Shown here piece after piece: positions 13,894 to 25,329 of a stretch of 64,000 nucleotides of DNA (positions are counted from its first letter, which is position 1; each line of letters opens with the position of its first letter). The stretch comes from Gnetum montanum (taxonomy: Eukaryota; Plantae; Gnetophyta), in NCBI GenBank assembly GCA_015680685.1, contig MNCI01002198.1, positions 124,001-188,000 of the forward strand, written 5' to 3'. Below the pieces are notes generated by a model. It was not told where the DNA came from. It saw only the letters and a program-made list of their open reading frames with translations, and made no database searches. The position numbers and the translations under genes were made by a program.

Positions 13894-14782
13894 TGATGAA
13901 ACATACAATAAGGCAACTACATTGATGCTTACCAATCGACACAGCCTTGTTAATGCATCCCCATTGATGCATCTCATGATACATTGGTGCATATGCATTA
14001 ACATTAATTCAATCATTCCCTATATAAGTGCACACAATTGCTGCATTTACGGAGCCGTTTAGTTGATACCTTAGCCAAAATCTTGCAATTTCTTTTCATA
14101 AAACTTAGTAAAATTTTTCCTTTGAGTGCCCACAATGTGGATTGAATTGATTATACAACACTTTATTCAAGTGCAATATGTACCTAGACATAGTTGCATA
14201 AAGGATAATAAAATTGAGATTTCTTCCATCCATTGCAACACTTGGATTAGTTTAACTTTATTTTCTGGCATTTTACTTTAAATGCAATTTACTTTCTTAT
14301 CATGAATATTTAATATTATAATTTATAATTAACATGAGTACGACCACTTTGAGCATGATATAATAACACTTAATAATCCTAACAGTGGATACTTGGTATG
14401 CCCAACAGTAAACACTGCGTAACCTAGTAGCATTATTATACATTCAGGATATGTATGGAAAGTGGAAATAGATGCTCTACATATATGATAGTTTAGTTAA
14501 GTAGTTAGTTTAAATAATCAAACCTTCTTTTATTTAATCATTTCACATATGAAGAAAATAATAAAAATTATAAAAATAATTATTTTACACCTCAATCTTA
14601 CTTAATCATACAAATGATTTAATACAAGTGAGGATAGGGAATACAATGACTTGTAATTACATCTTTCACCCTTTAAGAATATAGGCCACTTAGATAAAAT
14701 ATAGTCAAAGAAATTCAACTGGATCATGCATACATGGTAGTGATTCGTATGGTTAGGCATAGGGAATACTTGCTTCTCATAA
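13894..14782 (+). repeat. Old Athila-family 3' LTR
   Basis: Starts TGATGAA, has a TATA at about 14021, and ends gtatggttaggcatagggaatacttgcttctcataa, homologous to gtatggttgagtgtaggggtacctcgccactcatca. Confidence 0.75.
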
Positions 14783-15088
14783 ATGAGATAATAGGATTTA
14801 TGTAGTTTGACATAAAGCCTACATTCATGAGGAGGGTAGAAGTTAAAATTCCACTATATGAGAAATGGGAACATAATTACAAAAGGGGATCTCTCAATTC
14901 CAAAGCCATAATATGATCAAGCTCTTAAGCCCACAAGAAGCAAACCACATACCTAAAATACTCTTCTCCTCTAACATGTCTGTTACTTGTTTTCCAACTT
15001 ACTTATAAAAATGCAAACAAAGGAAATAGGTCCTTGCTATTTATAAGCCACAAATCACAAACCAAGATAATAGGTCCAAAACCATAGG

Positions 15089-15892
15089 TGATGAGACACG
15101 ATATCGCATGCACTGGATATCGCGTATGCGATATCACGGTTGTCGCGATATCGCGTCGTCCCCTGCGATATTGTGTACGCGATATCGCGGTCCGTCGTCA
15201 AATCTATAAATAAGAGGCACTCCCCTCATTTCTCATCCTAGGCTAGCAGTAGCAAAGCTCTGGCAGTTTAGTCACTCCAGAGATAGAATATTTTCCATGT
15301 GCCCGCAGTAGGAGTCCCCAAGTGAACGGATCTTTATTTGAGCAGCTTTGTACCTGAACGCAAGTTGTGTACGGTAATAAAGACGAGCTTTGTGGATAAA
15401 CCTTGCAGTGCATGGAATAGGTTTATTATCTGTTATTTCTTACATGTCATTTATTACATACATTAGCACGGCATGAGTACGACTTGATTACGAGCATTGA
15501 CGAATGTGTACGGCTAANNNNNNNNNNNNNNNNNNNNNNNNNNNNNNNNNNNNNNNNNNNNNNNNNNNNNNNNNNNNNGGTGTGTACGGTAAGTGGGAAC
15601 GGATGCTGATGCTAGTTAATTTAGACTTAGGACATTAGTTAGAGTTAGTTAGTTTCTCAACCCTTCACCCTTTAGCATAGGAGAAGAACCGTAAAAGACC
15701 AAAAAAATCATATACCTTGGACTTACTTAACCATACATCGTGACAACCACAAGTAAGTCTGGGAAGACAACGAATGATTAACCCCAAGTGTTCCATGGGG
15801 CATTTAGGCATTTAGTCTATGGAGTTTGACTGGATCGCACGTGCTATGCTCATTTCATATGGTTGAGTGTAGGGGTACCTCGCCACGCATCA
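15089..15892 (+). repeat. 5' LTR (contains an N gap)
   Basis: Matches 20991-21748. TATAAATA at 15205-15212. Confidence 0.9.
15099..15187. promoter_or_regulatory. Six CGATATCG palindromes directly upstream of the LTR TATA box
   Basis: Exact or one-mismatch copies at 15099, 15115, 15129, 15146, 15166 and 15180. Confidence 0.7.
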
Positions 15893-15893
15893 T

Positions 15894-15911
15894 TGGCGCC
15901 GTTGCTGGGGA
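15894..15911 (+). promoter_or_regulatory. Primer binding site, tRNA-Asp type (Athila)
   Basis: tggcgccgttgctgggga begins 1 nt after the LTR terminal CA. Confidence 0.9.
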
Positions 15912-16138
15912 CTAAGTGTTTGTGCACCAAATAGAACATAACGGATATCACTCACATCGTTGTGAGCCTTAACGAACCTTCAGGTTAATCAAGAAAAAAA
16001 TTTATATAACAGTGAAATAGCACACCAATCAAATTGCCTTCTTCTCATAAGAGCAACTCACCGCCTAAGGACCACACATGAGACATTCAGCAAGATAAAA
16101 AACATAACCAAAAACAGCCAAATCCTAAACAATATAAG

Positions 16139-18900
16139 ATGACATATACTCATCCCGATGAGTATATTCCTAATTTTACTTTTGTCCTTCATCAAGACGA
16201 GCAACTGCGGTGGAGAGATTTGCAAGGTAACATTGTGTTACCCCCAGATCGAGTTATCTCTCACATGCTTTTCCATGCCTTGGCACAAATTGGCATGCAA
16301 GAACTATTTGTTGAATATGTTGCGGAAGATTTTGACATGAGGGATTATTATCCCATAGATGCCCAACATATGAGAGACTTAAGGCAGGAGAGTCAACATG
16401 AATTTTTGAAGGGCAAGGTCCCACACGTCCTTAGCAAAATAGGAGATGAGGAATCCTTTATCACGGGTTCTTTAGCAAAAGATGTTCCCCCTCCTAACGA
16501 TGGTGAGGAGGTTGAGTATCAGAACCTACGATCAACGATACATATCCCTGGTTTTGATGCCCGTGAACACCAGCTGTTCATAGAGGGAACAACCACTCAT
16601 GCTAAGGATGGGCACTTTGATCATCACCATGATCGAGGCCGTAGCAGCCGAAGAGAAGGCAAGAAACATCGTCATGACGATGGTTCCCCTTCTTCTTCCC
16701 CTTCTTCACATCACTCATCCTCTCCTTCCACATCTGGGCGCAGCCACCATGAACATGAGGGTGAGGATAAAAGTAAGAAGGATGAAAGACCTCGACGTGA
16801 AAGTCGAGAGAGAGGACAAGGGTAAGGACATAGGGAGAGTAGGGAACAACGCAGACATCACAGGCGTCATGAAAAAGATGATCATGAAGAGCCCCTACTC
16901 ACAACCCGAAGTATGCTTGACATAACGAAGGCAGTTAGGATTCCTACAAGGCATTTAAAGGATAGCCGGATCAAGTGTTTAGACATGAACAATATCCCAC
17001 GATTTGAAGGGGGATACAATGCTGATCCGCAAAATCATTTATAGGCATTCCACGATGCCTGTGCCTTTCAGAATTTAGATAGTGAGTGGCAGAAACTTAA
17101 GTTGTTCCCAAGCACACTCACTAAAGAAGTAGAGAGCTGGTACCGGTCCTTAGAACCGGAAACCATAAGGAGGTGGAGTACGATGCTAGAACTGTTCAAC
17201 GAGAAGTATCAAACGTACTCCAGAGTGTCCAATTTGCATAAGCAGATCCAAGGCTGGAAGCAAGGTACACACAAACCCTTGGATGCTGCCATGGCCCGCT
17301 ATTACACATATTACATCATTGCCTGGGCCATGGGTACGCTTAGCAGGATCAACTTCGCCACATCATGGATGGGCTAAGGAATGAAACTAGAAGAACCCTT
17401 GGGACTTATGCCCAAGGGAGACTCTCACAACTTAGAGCCCATGAAGTATGTAGCTTGTTGGAGCAAGTAGCAAAAGAAGAGGGTGAGCTACGCAAAAGGA
17501 AAAGTGTGGGAGAGTATAACCGTGATCCCTCCCTTCGAAAGAAGGGAGTGAAATTTTGTGATGAAGAGGATGAGTCACCAATCGAAGAGTTGGTGAATCG
17601 GAAAAATTTGCCAATCCAAAAATTAATAACTGAGGTATCGGCCAAAGTAGACTAAATGTGGGATTCCTTAGACTCAAGAATTGAAACAGTCTTGAAAATT
17701 GTAGAAGAGTGTAAGGTTGAACAAAGTAGTGACAAAGGTAAGAAAAAGTGGAGAGATTTAAGCCNTCGGTAGTCCGATCCTTATGGTTATTATGTGTAGC
17801 AACCGATTTCTCCAAGTGACTCTATGAGTCACTCAAGCCCCAATCGTCACTACCAAGTTCGGGTGTATTTCAGAAGGACTCCTTCTCCTCTGGGAGACAT
17901 CTCACACTCGTTCCATCCTCCTAATCCATCCGCATCTCTTCCACCACAAGTAGTTCCCATAACACCTCCTACTCCAACAATGCAAGGGAAACTTCCCCCT
18001 CGATCGCAGCAACGTCACGTTGCAAGAGCTGTAAATATCCAACCCGCTGCTGGTTCTGACAACTGTAAAAGGAGAAGACCTTAGTTTAGAACCAAAAGCC
18101 CAGACAAACTCTCGCAACAACAAGCGGTTGAGGCCATGCACACTCCTCCATCACCATCTAACACTTCGGAGAACCCTTCAGTCCAACAGAGCGTAACGCA
18201 TATGTTTATGTTAACGCATACCGTAACCAACTGGATCAAGGTAGGCCACCTTCCCAGGAAACTAACTGACCCTGGGAGTCCCTTAATCTATTTGCAGATC
18301 ACCGAAAATAAACCACATAGGGCTTTTCTTGACTCAGGTTCCAGAGTCAACTTTATTTCACGAGAGATGTATCACGCATAGAACCTGCCCCAACTCAAGA
18401 AGAGCAACATTCAACTAGAGTTGGCAAACCAGTCCATCACCATTCCCTGGGGATTGGTGGAGGACATCATCACCACTGTGTGTGGTTGGTCATACCTAGC
18501 TGATTTCCTAGTGATTGAAGTAAACAACAACGAAGGAGACTTCTCGATTATAATGGGAAGGGCATGGCTGAGTACAATAGACGCATGCCTTAGGATCTGT
18601 GATCTTTCCTTGGAAATCTCTAAGATAAACATATGTGGAAAGATCGAGAAGAGGAAAGTTCCATGCATCACATACAGTGATTCATCGGGTGATGACATGG
18701 AGGGAATGCCTCCATGTAACAGGTGTGCCCAGAAAACATTGAAACAAAGATGCCTATATGTAGCAACCACACAACTAGTAGAAGACACCCCATGGTTGAC
18801 AGATACTAGAAGGAGCAGACAAATATGCATGAAATGAATTGAGGAAACCCATGCCAACAACGAAGGCATAGACACATTGGAATATGAGCGTTGCCAACTT
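16139..18900 (+). pseudogene. gag: gag-aspartic protease with a long N-terminal extension (stops and frameshifts)
   Basis: ORFs 16139-16825, 17102-17377, 17365-17655, 18136-18381 and 18421-18837. Gag motif LFPSTL..EVESWYRSLEP.TIRRW; protease motifs LPRKLTDPGS, AFLDSGSRVN, ADFLV and IIMGRAWL. Confidence 0.85.
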
Positions 18901-20990
18901 CCATCCTTCAATCTAAGATCATCAATTGGGAGAAGTTGGGCACTTTTACGAAATTCAAAAAGACGCTCATTATTTCGGATCTCTCTCTTACAACTCAGTC
19001 ATGGGGGAGATGGCCACCTATGCTAATCATATGGGGCTCTCAGTTCTTTTAAGTTTTTGTTTTACAACGTTTTTGTTTTACACATTTTTGTTTTACAAAT
19101 TTCTTCAACTTTTCTACTTTTTGTTTTACAAATTTCTTTAACTTTTTTCGTTTTTGTTTTACATCATCGTTATACTTTTTCAATTTTTGTGTGTGTGTTA
19201 TCCACCCTGTAAATTTGTCCCATAATAAGTGTTCTTCATGATGGTATGAACTATTTTCATATTGATTGCTAATGTTTGGTTTTTACCTTTAAGTCACAAT
19301 GTTGATACTAAGGTATGTTTCTTTTGATATGGCAGGCAATGAGACCACTTCATCCATCCATCCACCAATTTCTATGGTTTCTCTCGGCTTGAAAATGTAT
19401 AGTCCCTTTCTAATAAGAACTTTAACGAAGCGGTGACTGGGGATTTCTCAAACTAAGGAAGGACTCATGGATTGAAAAGGGTGTGACTTCAAAGGAACTT
19501 GATGCTTTTGTGTTGGTCATTCTCTTGGGTGCTTAAATGTTTCTTCTTGAGTGTTCTTGCCGTTCCGATGTTACCCAATTATCAGAAGCTGAGACAATAA
19601 AAAATAAGTAGTCTTTGCATGGTGTGGTTCTCACGCATAAAAACACAAAACACAAAAAAAAAAAAAAAACCAAGTGAGAATTCAAAGCACACCCCTTAGA
19701 TGAATAAACTTGGGCTACAAGCACTGGTTATGGAACCAAAAGTGTTCCCTCTAACTAAGACCCTTCTCGCTTCCCATTCTCTCTTTCATTTTTGTTAGAA
19801 TGGAGGGGGCTCTTGGAGTGTGCATTCTTGTTATCCAAGTGGATGGTTTAACCGAATGCGTTGATGTGAAGTCACTGGATGTGGTTGGTTTGAGGCCGGA
19901 GTTGGAATGAGATTTACCAAGTCACATTAATCCTCAAACATACAAGGGGCTGTACACCACCTTGTTCTTGGGATTCCATTCCATTTCTCTTCTCTCCATC
20001 CTTCTCTCCATTGTTCACCTCATTTCCGGTTGTATCACTAGTGTATATATTTTGGTTGATGCATTGTTTTCTTTTTGGTAAATTCTTGTGGTTAAGACTT
20101 TAACTCTTGTTCCAAATGACATTCCCAGGGCCTACAGACTCTTAGAATGTGGGTTTGTCAGGGCATTAAGGGCATGAGCCTACTTTGGGGAGGACCCACT
20201 GACATTCCTATTTGGAGCATTAGTTAAATTCTTTCCCTTAGCCTTTTGCAATTAATTTTATTTTTGTTCATTTCCATCTTGAGATCCACTTCATCGATGC
20301 CATAGTTGTCCCTTTTTATCTATCTTTCTTACTCTTTTTCTTTCTGCATTCTAACGCTACTAGAGGTTTGCGATTAGTCATGGGGGTACGGGGCCTGATT
20401 TTTTCGATTTTCTCCTAGCCTCGAAATTTTTGATTTTCTTCCTAACCCCTACACCTTCGGTAGTCATCAGTCACATATTCCCAGATCCATATCAGCCATA
20501 CCACAACCTAGCCAATGAGTTTACATTGAAGCAAGGTATCAATTACATGATGATTCAATTACCCTTACTAATATATGATTGTGTTGTATGTGCAAATGGC
20601 GGACATGGAAACAACGGATTGGATCTAGAGCAAACACTTGGAGTGGAGCTGTGCTAGATGCAGCGATGCAAGGAGCAAGATCGATGACATGCTTACGGAA
20701 GGACAACGAAGGCACAATCTTGGCATTGGTAGCAGCAACATTTCTTTCTCTCTCTCTCTTTTTCTCAGCTGCCAACAAAGGCCTGATGTCATTATAATAA
20801 GGTGTTCACCCTTGTTGTCATGAACACCAGTTTTTTCAGATCTTGTAATAATGATCCGTTCACATGTCATCCCATTAGTTCCATCCCCCTCAATAATTCC
20901 ATACCTACCTGATNNNNNNNNNNNNNNNNNNNNNNNNNNNNNNNNNNNNNNNNNNNNNNNNNNNNNNNNNNNNNNNNNNNNNNNNNNNNN

Positions 20991-21748
20991 AGTAGGAGTC
21001 CCCAAGTGAACGGATCTTTATTCGAGCAGCTTTGTACCTGAACGCAAGTTGTGTACGACAATAAAGATGAGCTTTGTGGATAAACCTTGCAATGCATGGA
21101 ATAGGTTTATTATCTGTTATTTCTTACATGTCATTTATTACATACATTAGCACGGCATGAGTACGACTTGGTTACGAGCATTGACGAATGTGTACGGCTA
21201 ACCAAGGAATTGGCTACTCATCACGATTAGATTCTCTCACCCTTGTCTCCTAGAACGCGGGATGAGTACGGATTGATTACGAGCATCTATGGATGTGTAC
21301 GACTAGTCAAGGAATTGGCTGCTCATCACGCTTAGGCTAGTTAGGTGCCTCAGTACGACCACTTCGAGCATGTGCGTTACGTGTGGTGATCCCAGTAACG
21401 ATTAGCGTTTGGTAGCCCCAATTGCATAGTTCAGGGTGTGTACGGTAAGTGGGAACGGATGCTGACGCTAGTTAATTTAGACTTAGGACATTAGTTAGAG
21501 TTAGTTAGTTTCTCAACCCTCCACCCTTTAGCATAGGAGAAAAATCATAAAAGACCAAAAAAATCATATACCTCGGACTTACTTAACCATACATCGTGAC
21601 AACAACAAGTAAGTCTGGGAAGACAACGAATGATTAAGCCCAAGTGTTCCATGGGGTGTTTAGGCATTTAGTCTGCGGAGTTTGACCGGATCACGCGTGC
21701 TACGCTCGTTTTGTATGGTTGAGTGTAAGGGTACCTCGCCACTCATCA
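20991..21748 (+). repeat. 3' LTR (5' part lost in N gap), with an internal duplication of about 100 bp
   Basis: Near-identical to 15307-15892. The gagtacg..ttacgagcat..caaggaattggct..ctcatcacg unit appears at about 21159 and 21264. Confidence 0.9.
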
Positions 21749-23779
21749 ATAGGCTATAAAACCATGGATCAAATTTGTGGACCATAAGATAAGGCATACT
21801 TAATAATTCTCCAGATTTACTTTAATTGTGAAAAAAGTGCCAAAGTACTTTATAATACAAAATAGTGGACATAATTATAACATAAGCTCTACCTTCTCCA
21901 AATAAGCCCAAAAAGATTATATCATATGCTATACATACCAATTAAGTCCATGAAATTTTTGAGCTTATTTATAGTAAGATGATTAGTCATCATGTGAGTT
22001 GGATCATCTACAATACCAATTTTTATTAGAATAATATCATCTTGAAAAATAATATGATGAAAAAAATGGTGCTTAATATCAATGTGCTTCATTCTCTCAT
22101 CTAACATCTGATTTTTAGTTAAGTGAATAGTACTTTGGCTATCAAAATGGATGATAGTTACCTATGGATTTGAATTAAGCTAAAGAAACATATCTCTCAA
22201 CCAAATGACTTTCTTAAAATCCTCTATACCTTTCATGTATTCTACCTTTGTATTATAGAATGTAACTATAATTTGCAAAGTTTCTTTCCAGCTAATTGCA
22301 TAACTACCAAGAGAAAATACATGGCTAGTAAATGACCTGCTTCTGTTAAGGTCACTTGCATAGTCTGAATCAACATAAATAACCATAGTGACTCTATTTA
22401 TTCTAAATTACAAATAAGCATTAGATGTACCTCATAAATATCTTAGAATCCATTTCATTACCTATGAATTCTTACTAGGATTAGCCATATATGTACTCAT
22501 AATGGTAAATGCATATGAAATATTAGGATCAACAAAAACCATGACATTCATAATGCTACCAACTACACTAGATTAAGGAAATTATGATATGTATTTAATA
22601 TTAAAATCTAATTGTGGTGACACAGTAGCTGAAAGCTTAAAATGAGTAGCAAGAGGAGCACTAATAGGATAGGACCTTTTCAACATAATTCTTTTGAATG
22701 ATATATAACTATTTCTTTTGCTAGTTTTTGTGGATCTCCATATCAAGAATTTTCTTTACTACTTCCAAGACTTTCATTTCAAATTTAGTACATGATTGTT
22801 CTTTCAAACTATTGATCTTAGACATATCCTTGGTGGAAATTAACATATCCTCAATATACAATAATAAATAAGTGAATGGACCATCTAAAAGTTTGTTGAA
22901 GTAGACACAACTATCATAGTTACTCCTGCTATAACCATGACTAATCATGAAAGAGTCAAAGTATTTGTACCATTTTCTAGGTGATTGTTTTAACCCATAC
23001 AAAGACTTCTTTAATAAGAAAACATGGTATTCTTTACCTTTAGTTATTAAATCCTCTGGTTGATGCATATAAATTTGTTCCTCTAGCTTACTATGTTAGA
23101 AAGTTATTTTAACATCCAACTGCTCTAATTTCAAATCATGCATGACAACCAAAGTAAGTGTTGTGACATTTTGACCATTAATGGAGGAGGGCTTCAGTCT
23201 TGCTTCCTCTACTTGATAAGAAATGGGAAATGTTTACATGATATTCAATAACTCTTTGTATACATGTGTGATAAGATTAAGCTAAGCTAAGATTTGTAGC
23301 ATTATATTTGTGTGAAAAACAAGCCCTAATTGAAGAAAACTCTAGGGGAAGTTTAATAGAGATACTATGAAGATTAAAGTCTTCATCATAGAAATTTTTT
23401 TGGGATAAAAGTTTTTAAAGTTGAGTAAATAGTCCCAAAATATTCTACTCTACTAATCACATAAGCCCATAAGCTTCAATTAGTTTAATGAACTAGGGTT
23501 TTGAATTAAGTCTAATATTGCATGGAAAAAATTGAATTAGCTATAAATGATAGAGCTTACATGAGTCTAATCTGGCTTAAGCACATGGTTTTTCTATCTG
23601 CTAGTTAAGATGAGATCGTCAATAATGGAATCATATAGCCTAAGGATTAGTTTCATCTGATAGGAGATTGGCATTAGAACAAATAGCTAAGTATGAAAAG
23701 AAACCCTTATTTTAGGAAAAAGAGCTTGATCCAAATCCAAAAATGGATTCATTCAGCATGCTTGCCATATAAACTTATA

Positions 23780-25000
23780 GAGGAGGCTCATAGAACCAAA
23801 AATAGTCTCTACACAATGACTCTACTTAACTTAGCTTTGTGAGATTAACGTGTATGAAAAACTAAGATTAGCTTCGTGTATATCTTATATGACATGTAAG
23901 CTATTAGATGAAGTAAGTTAGTAGAGCCAAGAATTGGTTCTATGCCAAGTGTAGGAAATGGTTCTCCCAGGTCATATCTATTTGGATGGAAGATCCATAA
24001 AGTAGAAAAATTATTCTACTAGGAAATACACTTGTTAGCTTTGCCACATTAGCTTTGGGGAGAGGGTGTTGTTTGAAAAGTAAAAATTCAGCCTTACAAA
24101 TGAATTTGAAATTGGTTCTATAAATCACATTAGCTTTGGAAACCAATGAGCTCATTAAGATGCATCTTAAAGATACTATGCCATGTTAGCTTCTATATGA
24201 TGCTAGTTTGTAGGGCCAAAAATTAGTTCTCCAAAGAAAAGCCAAGATGGTTCTATGAGCCATGTCAAGATGAACAGAGCTCATCTTGGATCCACCAAGA
24301 ATTATACATGCGCACATTTTATTTTTTAATCTAGGTCAACAAAGGACATGTCACAACATGTAGACTAGGAAATTAGTTCTACAAAGAAGCTCGAATTCAT
24401 TTTGCCACATTAGCTCCTTTGTAGAACAATTGTATAGAATCTAATTTTGGTTCTATGAATAGGCTTAATATTAGTTATATGAGCCATGTCATTAGAGTAT
24501 ATTGAAATAAGCTTATATCTACAGGTAAGCACAAAAATAGCTCTACCATGTTAGCTTTCATACAATCTCATAGAACCAAAATACATGTGAGCTCTAAAAT
24601 GGTTCTACAAGTCACATAAGCACCAAAGGTATAAAGCTTAGATATGGAGCCTAGTATAGATTATTCTACACATTGAAAATTATAATTTTATTTAGATCAA
24701 CTAAGCTTATCATATAAATTTTTGAGAATTTAAAGAAACTCAAAAGCCATGTAAACTCAAGATAGAAGAAAAGCTTGTAGAACCAAAAGTGGTTCTATGA
24801 ATCTACTCTACTAGTTAGCTACAAAGCTACTTTGCCATGTCAACTGTTTTGTAGAGCAAGTTTGTAGAGCATGAATATGGTTTTGTGAATAAGCTTAAAA
24901 TCATTCTACCATGTCATCTCCTTTATAGAAAAAATTTGTAGAACCAAAATTAAACTTTATAAGTAGGTTAAAAAATGGTTCTACAAGCTGACATTAGCAC
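23780..25000. repeat. Array of TAGAACCA-N(4-6)-TGGTTCTA palindromes with interspersed ccacattagc/catgtcagc-like motifs
   Basis: Examples: tagagccaagaattggttcta at 23922, tagaatctaattttggttcta at 24435 and tagaaccaaaagtggttcta at 24778. Confidence 0.7.
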
Positions 25001-25329
25001 TAAGATTATAAGAATAGATTAAGATGTTGAGCCTACACCCTTGAGCTTTTAAAGAGGTAGCTTAATGAAATCAAAGCTTACAACATGTGTTGAGGGTTGG
25101 GTTGAATAGCCTATCTAAAATTAGTGAATTAAAGAAAAGAGATCTGAAAATAAGCAGAATCTAGGTAGATTTCCAACATGCACTCATTAACAAGTAGAGC
25201 TTAGAGCTGAAGCAGAGTTAAAAGCTAAAATAGAGTCGAAAGTAGAGATATAGTAGTCATTAAAGCATGAAGAAAAGCTCTAGAATCGTCACAAAATCCT
25301 TTAGAAAAAATAGCCATCACACAGAGAAA

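Larger units (their letters stand above)
4360..14782 (+). mobile_element. 5'-truncated, degenerate Athila-type Ty3/gypsy retrotransposon (pol, long spacer, env-like ORF, PPT, 3' LTR)
   Basis: RT-RH-INT remnants, a downstream env-like remnant, a PPT (agtcatgggggta) and an LTR homologous to the younger LTRs at 15089 and 61813. Confidence 0.8.
15089..21748 (+). mobile_element. Complete non-autonomous Athila-type LTR retrotransposon (gag plus protease, no RT/RH/INT), TSD ATAGG
   Basis: Termini TGATGAG...CTCATCA. ATAGG occurs at 15084-15088 and 21749-21753. It has two near-identical LTRs and a tRNA-Asp PBS. Confidence 0.92.
14783..21882 (-). repeat. Copia 3' LTR split by the 15089-21748 insertion (pieces about 14783-15083 and 21754-21882)
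   Basis: On the minus strand a PPT-like ggagaaggtagag is followed by TGTTAT at 21882. A minus-strand TATA lies at about 15038-15046. The pieces join across TSD ATAGG. Confidence 0.5.

Noticed and set aside
20579-20797. LINE-type RNase H-like motif (VLDAA..KDNEGTILA)
   Set aside because: The frame is not conserved in the second copy at 62746-62931.
20910-20913. TGAT before the gap as the start of the 3' LTR
   Set aside because: Alignment with the copy near 62600 shows this is still internal sequence. The true LTR start and PPT fall inside the under-sized gap.
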